Part shown: in pieces, positions 43,843-52,811 of the stretch
Numbering within the stretch: the stretch's first letter is position 1
Layout: every line of letters begins with the position of its first letter
Assembly (NCBI GenBank): GCA_947169105.1
Contig: CAMVOL010000005.1
Span: 9,171-73,170 of the forward strand
DNA: 64,000 nucleotides
DNA from: an uncultured Bacteroidales bacterium
GTDB lineage: Bacteria; Bacteroidota; Bacteroidia; Bacteroidales; WCHB1-69
Reading direction: 5' to 3'
The notes under the pieces: model-generated
Told to the model about the DNA's origin: nothing
The model's input: only the letters and a program-made list of their open reading frames with translations
Database searches by the model: none
Program-made: the position numbers and the translations under genes

Positions 43843-45828
43843 TCAATCCCTGACACATCTGACATACAGATACTGTGACCAGATGAAAACAACCTCTCTC
43901 ACTCCTGAAAAATCCAAAAATAAAACCTTTGAAGCAGCGCCGTTTCCTAGGGGCGTTGCTAGCCAAAAACGATAATAACCAACCGAGTTATCCTGTAGCA
44001 AAGACAAATGGCTTGCATCATAAATCTCTTTTGGATATGCAGGATTGGCAATAGATTCATAGCACCATTCAAGCATCATCTGCGGCATCGGGGCATTGGT
44101 GGCTACACTACTTTGAAAAATCCTTAATGGTGGTGTCGGTTCTATTCCTTCGCAACAAATATTATACACCGCTTCAATCAGATCCCAGGCTTCGCCAGAT
44201 TGTGGAAGATGCCATCCTGCCGGGCAAATTCCCCGTCGGGGTTGTGGAAGTACAAAATTCGTCCCCGAAGGAGGATAATCGTTAGTGTCCACTGCTGCCG
44301 CCCAATTATAAAGAATACCTGTATGAGGTAATGTTTCCGGATTATAAGTGTCTTTATGGTATTTCAATGTTCTCGTCTTAGTTCCTGAATTCCAAAGGTC
44401 TAATCCATCACTCGGGGCGTGCCTTGTTCTGATATTTTGCCGTAGCCAGCATTGGTTTCCAATTTGTGTGACGGCGTACCAATTCCCTTCATGGTCTGCG
44501 ACGGAATCAATGTGCCACACTCCCTCCTCCAAATGGGCACTTTCATTGTCTTTCACTGTATTTGTGGCGATGCACGAATACTTCTTCTTTCCCATATATA
44601 CTTCCCTTTCCAGCTCACAGCCGTAAATGTCCGTGCATTCCACAGTATAATACCCCGTCGGCAACTTGACACTATTGGTGGTGGCCACAATACTTCTGTT
44701 TTCATCTATCCAGCGTATGGAAGAGACATTGGTTGTCGTAGCCTCTGCCGTATTCAGGAACTCATTGGTACACACATAACAGGATGAAGACGCCACCTGC
44801 GGGGTAATAACTTGTGTGAAGGTGGTGGACAAGGTGTCAGGTCCACAAAAAGCGTCCACTATAATCTGGTAAGTCCCTTCTGCATCATAATACACATCAA
44901 AAACATCACCGCCTGACGATTCTGTTCCTGTCGAAGAAATCCACTTGTAGTGATATAACGGTTTATGGACATCCGTACCTGTGAGTACCGCACTATACGT
45001 GATGGTATTCCCATTTTGACACAATGGTGTTGAAGGGTTTCTGTTTGATTCAATGGTCAGGACGAGATCAGATAGCGTGCGGGCATGAAGTTCCAACGTG
45101 TCTGAATAGCGTCCATTTGTCAATACAACTTGGAGTAGATAGTCGGTAGCGGGTGTGAGACCAGAAATTGTTTCAAAAGAATAATTTCCAAGATTACGAA
45201 TAATATTGACAGCTGCGGTATCCTGATATTCGTCATCCGAAAAGGCAATCATCCTCCCTGACAGAGGAATTCCACCATTAGATCCTACTTCTATTCTGAC
45301 TTGGATGCTTGTTGAAGTTTTGGACACTATGAACATGGTGTCCAAAACCACGGGAGCCGGTCCCGTACAAAAAGAAGACACCTCTCCACGGGTTGTCCCA
45401 TAGGCATTGGTGGCAAACGGGCGCACATAGTAAGTCTTATTGGGCAATGACCCGAACACCTCTGCCTCGAAACTTCCGAGTGTCCCCTGGACACAAAGTT
45501 GTTCCGGATTTATCAAATTTTCATTGATGGAGTATTCAAAGCCTCTTGACAGCACCGGCGACCATCCGTCGAATGGTACTTTCGCATAAAACATTGCAGC
45601 ATCAGGCGAGACCACCCGCATAGAATCGAAGACCAAAAATGGCGGGTAATGCAATATATTCCCGTTGCGGCTTAGTCGGGGATGCTCCACTTCGCCGCCA
45701 TATTGGTCAAGAAACACAGCATCCTGCTTCACATTATCCCCCGAACGGGTCAGACCGGCCACTTGCGAGAACAAATGTCCGAAAGACAATACGAGCAAGC
45801 ATACACAAACACTGATTCTGTTAAGCAT
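43843..45828 (-). CDS. Secreted protein with Ig-like repeats and C-terminal Fibrobacter succinogenes major paralogous (FISUMP) domain
   Basis: Signal peptide. The C-terminus has IGNQCWLRQNI, ILYNWAAAV, ICPAGWHLPQSGEAW and YVRCVRD, typical of TIGR02145. Confidence 0.75.
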   Translation of the reverse strand: MLNRISVCVCLLVLSFGHLFSQVAGLTRSGDNVKQDAVFLDQYGGEVEHPRLSRNGNILHYPPFLVFDSMRVVSPDAAMFYAKVPFDGWSPVLSRGFEYSINENLINPEQLCVQGTLGSFEAEVFGSLPNKTYYVRPFATNAYGTTRGEVSSFCTGPAPVVLDTMFIVSKTSTSIQVRIEVGSNGGIPLSGRMIAFSDDEYQDTAAVNIIRNLGNYSFETISGLTPATDYLLQVVLTNGRYSDTLELHARTLSDLVLTIESNRNPSTPLCQNGNTITYSAVLTGTDVHKPLYHYKWISSTGTESSGGDVFDVYYDAEGTYQIIVDAFCGPDTLSTTFTQVITPQVASSSCYVCTNEFLNTAEATTTNVSSIRWIDENRSIVATTNSVKLPTGYYTVECTDIYGCELEREVYMGKKKYSCIATNTVKDNESAHLEEGVWHIDSVADHEGNWYAVTQIGNQCWLRQNIRTRHAPSDGLDLWNSGTKTRTLKYHKDTYNPETLPHTGILYNWAAAVDTNDYPPSGTNFVLPQPRRGICPAGWHLPQSGEAWDLIEAVYNICCEGIEPTPPLRIFQSSVATNAPMPQMMLEWCYESIANPAYPKEIYDASHLSLLQDNSVGYYRFWLATPLGNGAASKVLFLDFSGVREVVFIWSQYLYVRCVRD

Positions 45829-45836
45829 AATCTTCC

Positions 45837-47033
45837 CTATTTATGATAATAATAAAACTGGACCCTATCCCCTGACACCAAAGATTTGCCCCCATTATTA
45901 TATAACTGATATATGAGCGTGCTACCGGACAAACGATAGGCAGCCGAAGACACACAAACACCATTTATATAGAGGATGGAAGCCATCCCTGACACCGGTG
46001 TCGCCGATAGTCTGAAGACATTTGTTGGTGTTTCCGGAACTATGAATTCCTCCAGTACCGCTGTTATGGAGCGGAGGTCGGCCAGTGCCGCGCGAAGGTC
46101 TCCCAACGCTTCCTCCAAATCTGCTGCCGTGACATAATTCGCCAATATTCCTGACAATTCCGACACCCTGACATAATTCGCAAGCGTATCCAATAGTCTG
46201 GGATCAGCGGTGCTGTGGCTGTAGCGGCCAAGCGAGTCCGACAGGGCCGACGTTGTCACATAGTCCGACAATTCCGAATCTGTCACGTAACCAGACAATT
46301 CCGAATCCACCACATAGCCTGATAATTCTCCTCTCGTCACGTAGTTTGCGAGCGTGTCCGTCAGTCCCGATGTGGTGACATAGTAAGCGAGCGTGTCCAG
46401 CAGCCCCGCCGTGGCTGTGACGTAGCGGGCCAGCGAATCCGACAATGCCGATGCTGTCACGTAGTCCAACAATTCCGGCTCCGTCACGTAATTCGACAAT
46501 GTATCGGATAAGCCCGCCACCGTCACATAGTTCGCGAGCGTGTCCGTCAGTCCCGTTGTGGTCACGTAGTAAGCGAGCGTATCACGGAGGGCATCGGCTG
46601 AAACGAGATTGGTGCTGCCGAGGTGCTCCTCCAAGGCCTGAAGAGGAATATGCTCCGCATAGCAGGCCAACGGAACCGCCGTCACAGGCTTGACATCCGA
46701 AACGGTATGGCCTCCCCGCAGCGTGATTTCGGTACGGACCACAGCATCATTCCACGTCACTTGCGACACGTCACCGACGGGACTTTCCCCCTCCCCCACA
46801 AGAAGGGAGATAAGTCCGTTACGGTTGCTTGTCAGATGGTGCAGTTCCGAATAGACCACACTGCTGGAAACGGCATGGTTATAGAACTGGATTCTGACCG
46901 AAACCGAGTCATTCGCGACTAATTCGTTGGCAGCATTCCGGACCACTGCCTGATAGCTGAACTTCGGTGCGGTCTGCGCCAAAGCCAGTGAAAATAAGAG
47001 AATGGCAAACAGAAATATTAAAACTCTTTTCAT
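45837..47033 (-). CDS. Secreted repeat protein (tail-fibre-like LxDTLANYVT 11-12-aa repeats)
   Basis: Signal peptide and an N-terminal domain (KFSYQAVVRNAANELVAN...VYSELH...NGLISL) common in Bacteroidota surface proteins. About 14 tandem L-(S/T)-D-T-L-A-N-Y-V-T units follow. Confidence 0.7.
   Translation of the reverse strand: MKRVLIFLFAILLFSLALAQTAPKFSYQAVVRNAANELVANDSVSVRIQFYNHAVSSSVVYSELHHLTSNRNGLISLLVGEGESPVGDVSQVTWNDAVVRTEITLRGGHTVSDVKPVTAVPLACYAEHIPLQALEEHLGSTNLVSADALRDTLAYYVTTTGLTDTLANYVTVAGLSDTLSNYVTEPELLDYVTASALSDSLARYVTATAGLLDTLAYYVTTSGLTDTLANYVTRGELSGYVVDSELSGYVTDSELSDYVTTSALSDSLGRYSHSTADPRLLDTLANYVRVSELSGILANYVTAADLEEALGDLRAALADLRSITAVLEEFIVPETPTNVFRLSATPVSGMASILYINGVCVSSAAYRLSGSTLIYQLYNNGGKSLVSGDRVQFYYYHK
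46140..46620. repeat. Intragenic tandem repeats of about 33-36 bp encoding the LxDTLANYVT units
   Basis: One example is the near-duplicate pair tcacgtagtttgcgagcgtgtccgtcagtcccgatgtgg (about 46335) and tcacatagttcgcgagcgtgtccgtcagtcccgttgtgg (about 46525). Confidence 0.75.
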
Positions 47034-47054
47034 ATTTATAAATTTTTGGAAATA

Positions 47055-48395
47055 TCAGTCTTTGGCGCAACGGACACTACAGCCATCGTCTTTATTGAGA
47101 GCGGTGAGAACAAAACTCCCGCATACGTAGGGCAGACAACCTGCTGAGGAAACGGTCGGAGAAACCCAATCCGCATTCCACAGGTAGGCATAAGCCTTCA
47201 GGTATTCGTAACGGTTAAGGGCAGCATTATACAATCCCCCCGGGACGATGGAAAGATGACTTGCGTCATTCGGGACATCCCCTATCCATAGATTCCCTGT
47301 CGCTTTCAGTTCGGCTCCCTCGTACAGCTGTAGTGCCGACATTTCAGACGAGGTCGGGATATGCCATCCTTCGGGGCAGACTCCCTGCACTTCACCATCC
47401 GCATTAAAGGACGGTATGTCAGTGCTGTTTTCTGGAATACCCACCGCCGAATACCAGCTATAAAGTCTCCCGAAAAGATGGAGATTCTCCACCGTATCGG
47501 GAAAGAGGTCGTCCCGATAGATATCGGCGGCCGGAATCTCGTCGCCAGTGCCGGCATAATGCCGTGCATAGATATTCCCCCTCATCCAGCAGTCGGCACC
47601 AACACGGATGGTTTCATAGACATTTCCATCGCCGTCCACCGCCGTGAAGCCGTCTCCGCAGGGAGGGAAATCTGCCCTAACGCTCTGTATGCAACGGAAA
47701 GTGTCATTTGCCGTCAGTAGCAGACACGTCACATATCCAGAGGCACCGACCGTAAGGAGGGGCGGAGCATCCGAAGCAACGAATAGTCCCTCCACCGAGG
47801 GTATCACTGTCAAGCCCTCCGAAGGGAACGGCATCGTTGCGACCCCATACGGAGCCATCGTCTGATAGTCGGAGGGGCAGGATACCGCATAGACCATTCG
47901 AAAAACCACACTGTCGCAGCCGTGGGCACTATAAAGGGAGTCCACATTCTGCCCTACCTCATAACTTCCTATGTCGCTTTCGGATAAAAGCAACGTGTCA
48001 TAGCCCACAAAAGTCGGATAGACCCGAAGATGATGCACAAATACGCTGTCACACCCGTCACGCGCATGGGGCACGTACCTTCGGGCAAGATACAATCCAG
48101 CCTCTAACGTGTCACCGTATGTTATTCCAAAATTGTCGTATCCAATACCGGCACAGACATCATCCACTACCGTATCTTGAAGCAGATAACCTTGTTCGAT
48201 ACCTTCATTTACAGATATTTCCAAACCATACTGACGATAAAAAGGCTGCCCGAAAGTGTAAGAGACACCACCCGAATCCCCGTGCGACACTGAAAACCCC
48301 GACTGTGCCCACCCCTTCGGGAGCAGCCTAAAAAACAACATCATCAATATTACTATGTAATACCTTCTATTTTTCTGTAAACGATTGGTTTGCAT
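47055..48395 (-). CDS. Secreted FISUMP-domain protein
   Basis: I use the ATG at 48395, because the ORF-track start at 48410 is TTG. The C-terminus has GADCWMRGNI, RLYSWYSAVG, VCPEGWHIPTSSEM and CSVRCAKD. Confidence 0.75.
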   Translation of the reverse strand: MQTNRLQKNRRYYIVILMMLFFRLLPKGWAQSGFSVSHGDSGGVSYTFGQPFYRQYGLEISVNEGIEQGYLLQDTVVDDVCAGIGYDNFGITYGDTLEAGLYLARRYVPHARDGCDSVFVHHLRVYPTFVGYDTLLLSESDIGSYEVGQNVDSLYSAHGCDSVVFRMVYAVSCPSDYQTMAPYGVATMPFPSEGLTVIPSVEGLFVASDAPPLLTVGASGYVTCLLLTANDTFRCIQSVRADFPPCGDGFTAVDGDGNVYETIRVGADCWMRGNIYARHYAGTGDEIPAADIYRDDLFPDTVENLHLFGRLYSWYSAVGIPENSTDIPSFNADGEVQGVCPEGWHIPTSSEMSALQLYEGAELKATGNLWIGDVPNDASHLSIVPGGLYNAALNRYEYLKAYAYLWNADWVSPTVSSAGCLPYVCGSFVLTALNKDDGCSVRCAKD

Positions 48396-48421
48396 TGCGT
48401 CTTCTGTCAATTTTAACGCCG

Positions 48422-48429
48422 CAAAAATA
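48422..48429 (-). promoter_or_regulatory. -7 promoter box (TATTTTTG) for the FISUMP cluster
   Basis: TAnnTTTG consensus in the context gTAttTTTGcggcg on the - strand, 27 nt upstream of the ATG at 48395. Confidence 0.45.
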
Positions 48430-48627
48430 CCATCGTTAAAGCCGTTCTTTTAATACTTGTTAATAAAAATTTAATAAGTTTTGTATTTTATTCTCAATTA
48501 ATCATTTGTATTTTTATATTAGTTTGAAGTTTTCAACAATTTAACTTTTTAAGATAATAAAATTCTTAAAAAAACTTATTACAACCGATAGAAAATCAGT
48601 AAACTTGCAACTTTATGAACTTAATCG

Positions 48628-48635
48628 TATATTTG
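48628..48635 (+). promoter_or_regulatory. -7 promoter box (TATATTTG) for aspC
   Basis: TAnnTTTG consensus preceded by the words GTAAACTTG-CAACTTT-ATGAACTTA (48599-48623), nearly the same cassette as upstream of queF. Confidence 0.5.
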
Positions 48636-48682
48636 CCGCTTCATTTCCAAAAACAGAACAACTAACATAAATCATTGATAAT

Positions 48683-49915
48683 ATGGAACTTATTTCAAGA
48701 AGAGTGAGTACAATGGCTCCGTCGGAAACACTTGCTATGACGCAGATTGCCCGCGAGCTGAAAGAATCCGGAAAAGACGTAATCAGTCTCAGCATCGGCG
48801 AACCCGATTTCAACACCCCCGAAATGGTGAAAGAGGCTGCCAAACAGGCTATTGATGAAAACTGGACCCACTACCCACCGGTAGCCGGTTATCCCGAACT
48901 GAAAAAAGCCATCTGCGCAAAATTCAAAAGAGACAACAACTTGGATTATACCCCTGACCAGATCGTGGTCTCCACCGGTGCAAAACAGTCCATCTACCAA
49001 GTGATGATGGCATTGGTGAACCCAGGCGATGAGGTGATTATTCCCGCTCCCTTCTGGGTTTCTTACAAAGCCATCGTCCAACTGGCTGAAGGAAAGTCCG
49101 TTTACATTCAGACCCAGATTGAAAATGACTTCAAAGTGACGCCGGAACAGCTTCGTGCCGCCATCACTCCGAGAAGTAAGGTTTTGATTTTCAGCAGTCC
49201 CTCCAACCCGACGGGCATGCTGTACTCGAAGGAAGAGCTGAAAGCCCTCGCCGAGGTTCTCCGCGATTATCCCGACATCATCGTGGTCGCCGACGAGATT
49301 TACGAACACATCAATTTCGAGGGCAAGCATGAAAGCATGGCACAGTTCGACTTCATGAAGGAACGCACCGTTACGGTGAACGGCGTGGCCAAAGGTTTTG
49401 CCATGACCGGCTGGCGTATCGGCTTTATCGGGGCACCTCTTGCTATCGCAAAGGCCTGCAACAAGTTGCAGGGACAAGTAACTTCCGCCACCTGCTCTAT
49501 CGCCCAGCGTGCCACCATCAAAGCCATGGAGATGGAACCGACCACTTCGGAAGACATCATCACCATGCGCAACATCTTTATGAAACGCCGCGATATGGTC
49601 TATGAGCTGCTTCAGCAAGTTCCCGGTTTCAAGGTGCGTCTGCCCAAAGGCGCCTTCTACTTCTTCCCCGAAGTGTGCAGCCTGTACGGTAAAAACGCCC
49701 CCGCGGATTCCATCTTTGCGGAAAAATATGGCAAAACCGCCATTGAAAACTCCACCGACCTCTGCATGTACCTTCTTTACGATGCGAATGTCGCTCTGGT
49801 TCAAGGTATTGCCTTCGGTGACGACCGCTGCATCCGTCTTTCATACGCCACTTCGGAGGACAAGCTGAAGGAGGCCGTCCGCCGCATCAAAGTAGCAGTA
49901 GAAAATCTGAAATAA
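48683..49915 (+). CDS. aspC: Aspartate/aromatic aminotransferase (class I PLP aminotransferase)
   Basis: GEPDF, SNPTG and the PLP-lysine motif NGVAKGFAMTGWRIG. 410 aa. Confidence 0.88.
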   Translation: MELISRRVSTMAPSETLAMTQIARELKESGKDVISLSIGEPDFNTPEMVKEAAKQAIDENWTHYPPVAGYPELKKAICAKFKRDNNLDYTPDQIVVSTGAKQSIYQVMMALVNPGDEVIIPAPFWVSYKAIVQLAEGKSVYIQTQIENDFKVTPEQLRAAITPRSKVLIFSSPSNPTGMLYSKEELKALAEVLRDYPDIIVVADEIYEHINFEGKHESMAQFDFMKERTVTVNGVAKGFAMTGWRIGFIGAPLAIAKACNKLQGQVTSATCSIAQRATIKAMEMEPTTSEDIITMRNIFMKRRDMVYELLQQVPGFKVRLPKGAFYFFPEVCSLYGKNAPADSIFAEKYGKTAIENSTDLCMYLLYDANVALVQGIAFGDDRCIRLSYATSEDKLKEAVRRIKVAVENLK

Positions 49916-49927
49916 CCGGCCCCTCGC

Positions 49928-50677
49928 ATGGAACGGCAGATTACCGGCACCGCCTATTTCGCCTCCGACTTCCATTTCGGGGTACCCGACCGTGAGAGCA
50001 GTCTCCGTCGGGAGGAGGCGGTCATAAGCTGGCTTGACCGTATTTCTGCCGATGCCGACCATCTGTTCCTGCTGGGTGACATTTTCGACTTCTGGTTTGA
50101 GTACCGCGACGTCGTACCCAAAGGCTATTTCCGTTTCTTTTCCAAATTACTGGAAATGAAACAAAAAGGAACCAAAATTTACTATTTCACCGGCAACCAC
50201 GACATGTGGGTGGGTGATTATTTTGAGCAGGAGTTCGGAATGGAAATTTTCCGCTCACAGCAAGTTTTCCTTATCAACGGAAAACGGTGCGTGGTGGGAC
50301 ACGGTGACGGCCTTGACCCGAAGGACAAGGGGTATCTGCTTATCAAGAAAATTTTTGCTTTCCGTCCTAACATTTTGTTGTATAGCGCATTACCGCCGAG
50401 ATGGGCTTTTTCCATCGCCCGAAAATGCTCTCATACAAGCCGTAAAAAGACCGGCAAGGAAGATTTTCACAAAGATGACGAAGACATTATGGTGAACTAC
50501 ATCCTTGACTATTTGCAGCACGACAATTCCATCGACTATTTCATTTTCGGGCACCGTCATCTTCCCTTGAAAATCCACATTGAAAACGCCGTCTATTTCA
50601 ACACCGGCGACTGGCTTACCCATAACTCTTACTTGCGAGTAGCATCAGAGTTATTTGATTTACAATACGATAAATAA
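49928..50677 (+). CDS. lpxH: UDP-2,3-diacylglucosamine diphosphatase (LpxH-like metallophosphoesterase)
   Basis: SDFHFG, LLGDIFDFWFEY, GNHDMW and GHGD motifs. Confidence 0.82.
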   Translation: MERQITGTAYFASDFHFGVPDRESSLRREEAVISWLDRISADADHLFLLGDIFDFWFEYRDVVPKGYFRFFSKLLEMKQKGTKIYYFTGNHDMWVGDYFEQEFGMEIFRSQQVFLINGKRCVVGHGDGLDPKDKGYLLIKKIFAFRPNILLYSALPPRWAFSIARKCSHTSRKKTGKEDFHKDDEDIMVNYILDYLQHDNSIDYFIFGHRHLPLKIHIENAVYFNTGDWLTHNSYLRVASELFDLQYDK

Positions 50678-50690
50678 CAAACGTACCAAT

Positions 50691-52811
50691 ATGAAAAAAC
50701 TTTTTTGGGCTATTCTTTGCTTCTTCTTCCTGTTTCCGCTTTTTGCAGAAAAAGTTCCTGCCGACCAGCTTATTTCATTGGGAATCAATGCTTACCAGCA
50801 GCGTTGCGCCACCAATGCGGAAGTCATTTTAAAGGACGTTGATTTTCTGGCACAGGATGGTGATACGGTGATGGTACTCCTGCACTTCCAGAACGGGGGC
50901 TTCCTGCTGATGAGTGCGGACGATGCGGCCATTCCGGTTCTTGGCTACTCCACTGAAGATGATCTTCCTTTGGACAATATCGCCCCCGCCACGCAAAAGT
51001 GGATTGCGGACTATCGGGACCAGATCCTCCAAATCCGGCAGAAAGGTCTTGCCGCCACTGAGGAGATTGCCGCCCAATGGCAGTCGTTGGCGAGAGGGAT
51101 TAAAGCCACCCGTTCCACTGTGGTTTCTCCTTTGATTACGGCCAAATGGAACCAATCGCAATACTACAACGACCTTTGTCCCGCTGATGATGAGGCACCT
51201 TTCGGGTACGGCGGTCACGTGCCCTGCGGCTGTGTCGCTCTCGCTATGGCGATGGTCATCCATTACTACCGCTACCCCGAGACGGGCCAAGGCAGCCACA
51301 GCTACCACTCCGATTACGGTTACCACAGTGTCAATTTCAGCCAGCAGACCTACAACTATGATGCGATGCCTTATTCTCTTTCCAACAATTGCAATGAGGT
51401 CGCCAAGCTGATTTACCATTGCGGAATTGCGGTGGATATGAGCTATGCCCCCGAAGGTTCCGGCGCACAGACGGAGGATACAAAGAATGGCTTGAAAAAC
51501 TACTACAAATACGCCAGCGACATCAACAATGCCTCCCGTAACGGCGGCGGCTGGGGCGGCTGGGGCAATAGCGGTTACACTGACGAGCAATGGATCGGAC
51601 TGTTACAGAGCAATTTGGACCAGCACTACCCCATCATTTATTCTGGCTATACCGACAACTGGGAGGGACATGCCTTCTTGTGCGACGGATATGATGACGC
51701 CAACCTTTTCCATTTCAACTGGGGATGGGGCGGCTCCGGCAACGGCTACTTCACCATCAACAACCTCAATTCGGGCAACGGCACTTTCACCACGGGACAC
51801 CGCATCGTCTATAACATCCACCCGCCGACCAACATCTATCCGCCCTACTGCACCGCCACTGTCATCAAATCCACTGCTGGTTCGTTGGAAGATGGCAGCG
51901 GACATCTTGACTATCAGAACAATACAAACTGCACCTACATCATTGCGCCCGACAACGGAAAGAGTGTCACTCTCACTGTGGCCCAACTGAATACGGAAGC
52001 AAATGCGGATTTTCTGCGGATTTATGATGGCGACCCCGAAAATGGCGGAAACCTTCTCAAAGAATATTCCGGAACCACCTACAATTCCTCTGAAAGTGTG
52101 TACTCCCCCACCGGCGTGGCTTACGTCACTTTCCAGACCAATGACAGCGTGACGGCGCCGGGCTGGAAGCTCCGCTTCTCCGCCAAACGTCACGTACAGT
52201 GCCAATCGCAGACTTTCACAGAGCCAGAAGGTTCCTTCAGCGACGGCAGCGAGGAGAACGACTACGCCTCCGATGCCAGTTGCCGCTGGACCATCGCCCC
52301 TGAAAACGCCACGTGGGTACGCCTCTCCTTCAGTGAGTTCGACATCAGCCCCGAGGACTGCATCAGTGTTTATAAAGGCACCTCCACCAGCGACCTCACC
52401 CTCGTCGGATCGTACAGCAACAATTCCCGTCCTCCCGCCTCTATCACCAATGCCACTGGCGGCATTATCAAGGTAATATTCGACAGCGACAACCACCTCC
52501 AAAATGCCGGTTTCACCGCATCATGGACATCTGGCAGCGAGCAGACCTCCGTCTCCGACCGAAACAGCCTTGATTTTGAGACCTTTCCAAACCCTGCCAA
52601 CACAACCGTCGGCATCATCGTCCCCCAACAATTTAAAGACGGCAACGTCCGTATCACCGACATGACCGGCCGCATTGTTCTAAACCAAGAACTCGGCAGC
52701 AACGGCGGAATCACCATCCTCTCCACCGAAAAACTCACGTCAGGTATTTACCTGATTACTCTTTATAACCAAAAAGAAATTTCTTCCAAGAAATTGATTA
52801 TCAAACACTAA
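50691..52811 (+). CDS. T9SS-secreted C10-family cysteine protease (streptopain/PrtT-like) with two CUB-like modules
   Basis: I use the ATG at 50691, because the ORF-track TTG at 50655 overlaps lpxH. The catalytic Cys lies in HVPCGCVALAMAMVIHYY and the His in GHAFLCDGYD...FNWGWGG. CUB-like segments include ADFLRIYDG and CISVYKG. The T9SS tail reads FPNPANTTV...GIYLITL. Confidence 0.82.
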   Translation: MKKLFWAILCFFFLFPLFAEKVPADQLISLGINAYQQRCATNAEVILKDVDFLAQDGDTVMVLLHFQNGGFLLMSADDAAIPVLGYSTEDDLPLDNIAPATQKWIADYRDQILQIRQKGLAATEEIAAQWQSLARGIKATRSTVVSPLITAKWNQSQYYNDLCPADDEAPFGYGGHVPCGCVALAMAMVIHYYRYPETGQGSHSYHSDYGYHSVNFSQQTYNYDAMPYSLSNNCNEVAKLIYHCGIAVDMSYAPEGSGAQTEDTKNGLKNYYKYASDINNASRNGGGWGGWGNSGYTDEQWIGLLQSNLDQHYPIIYSGYTDNWEGHAFLCDGYDDANLFHFNWGWGGSGNGYFTINNLNSGNGTFTTGHRIVYNIHPPTNIYPPYCTATVIKSTAGSLEDGSGHLDYQNNTNCTYIIAPDNGKSVTLTVAQLNTEANADFLRIYDGDPENGGNLLKEYSGTTYNSSESVYSPTGVAYVTFQTNDSVTAPGWKLRFSAKRHVQCQSQTFTEPEGSFSDGSEENDYASDASCRWTIAPENATWVRLSFSEFDISPEDCISVYKGTSTSDLTLVGSYSNNSRPPASITNATGGIIKVIFDSDNHLQNAGFTASWTSGSEQTSVSDRNSLDFETFPNPANTTVGIIVPQQFKDGNVRITDMTGRIVLNQELGSNGGITILSTEKLTSGIYLITLYNQKEISSKKLIIKH

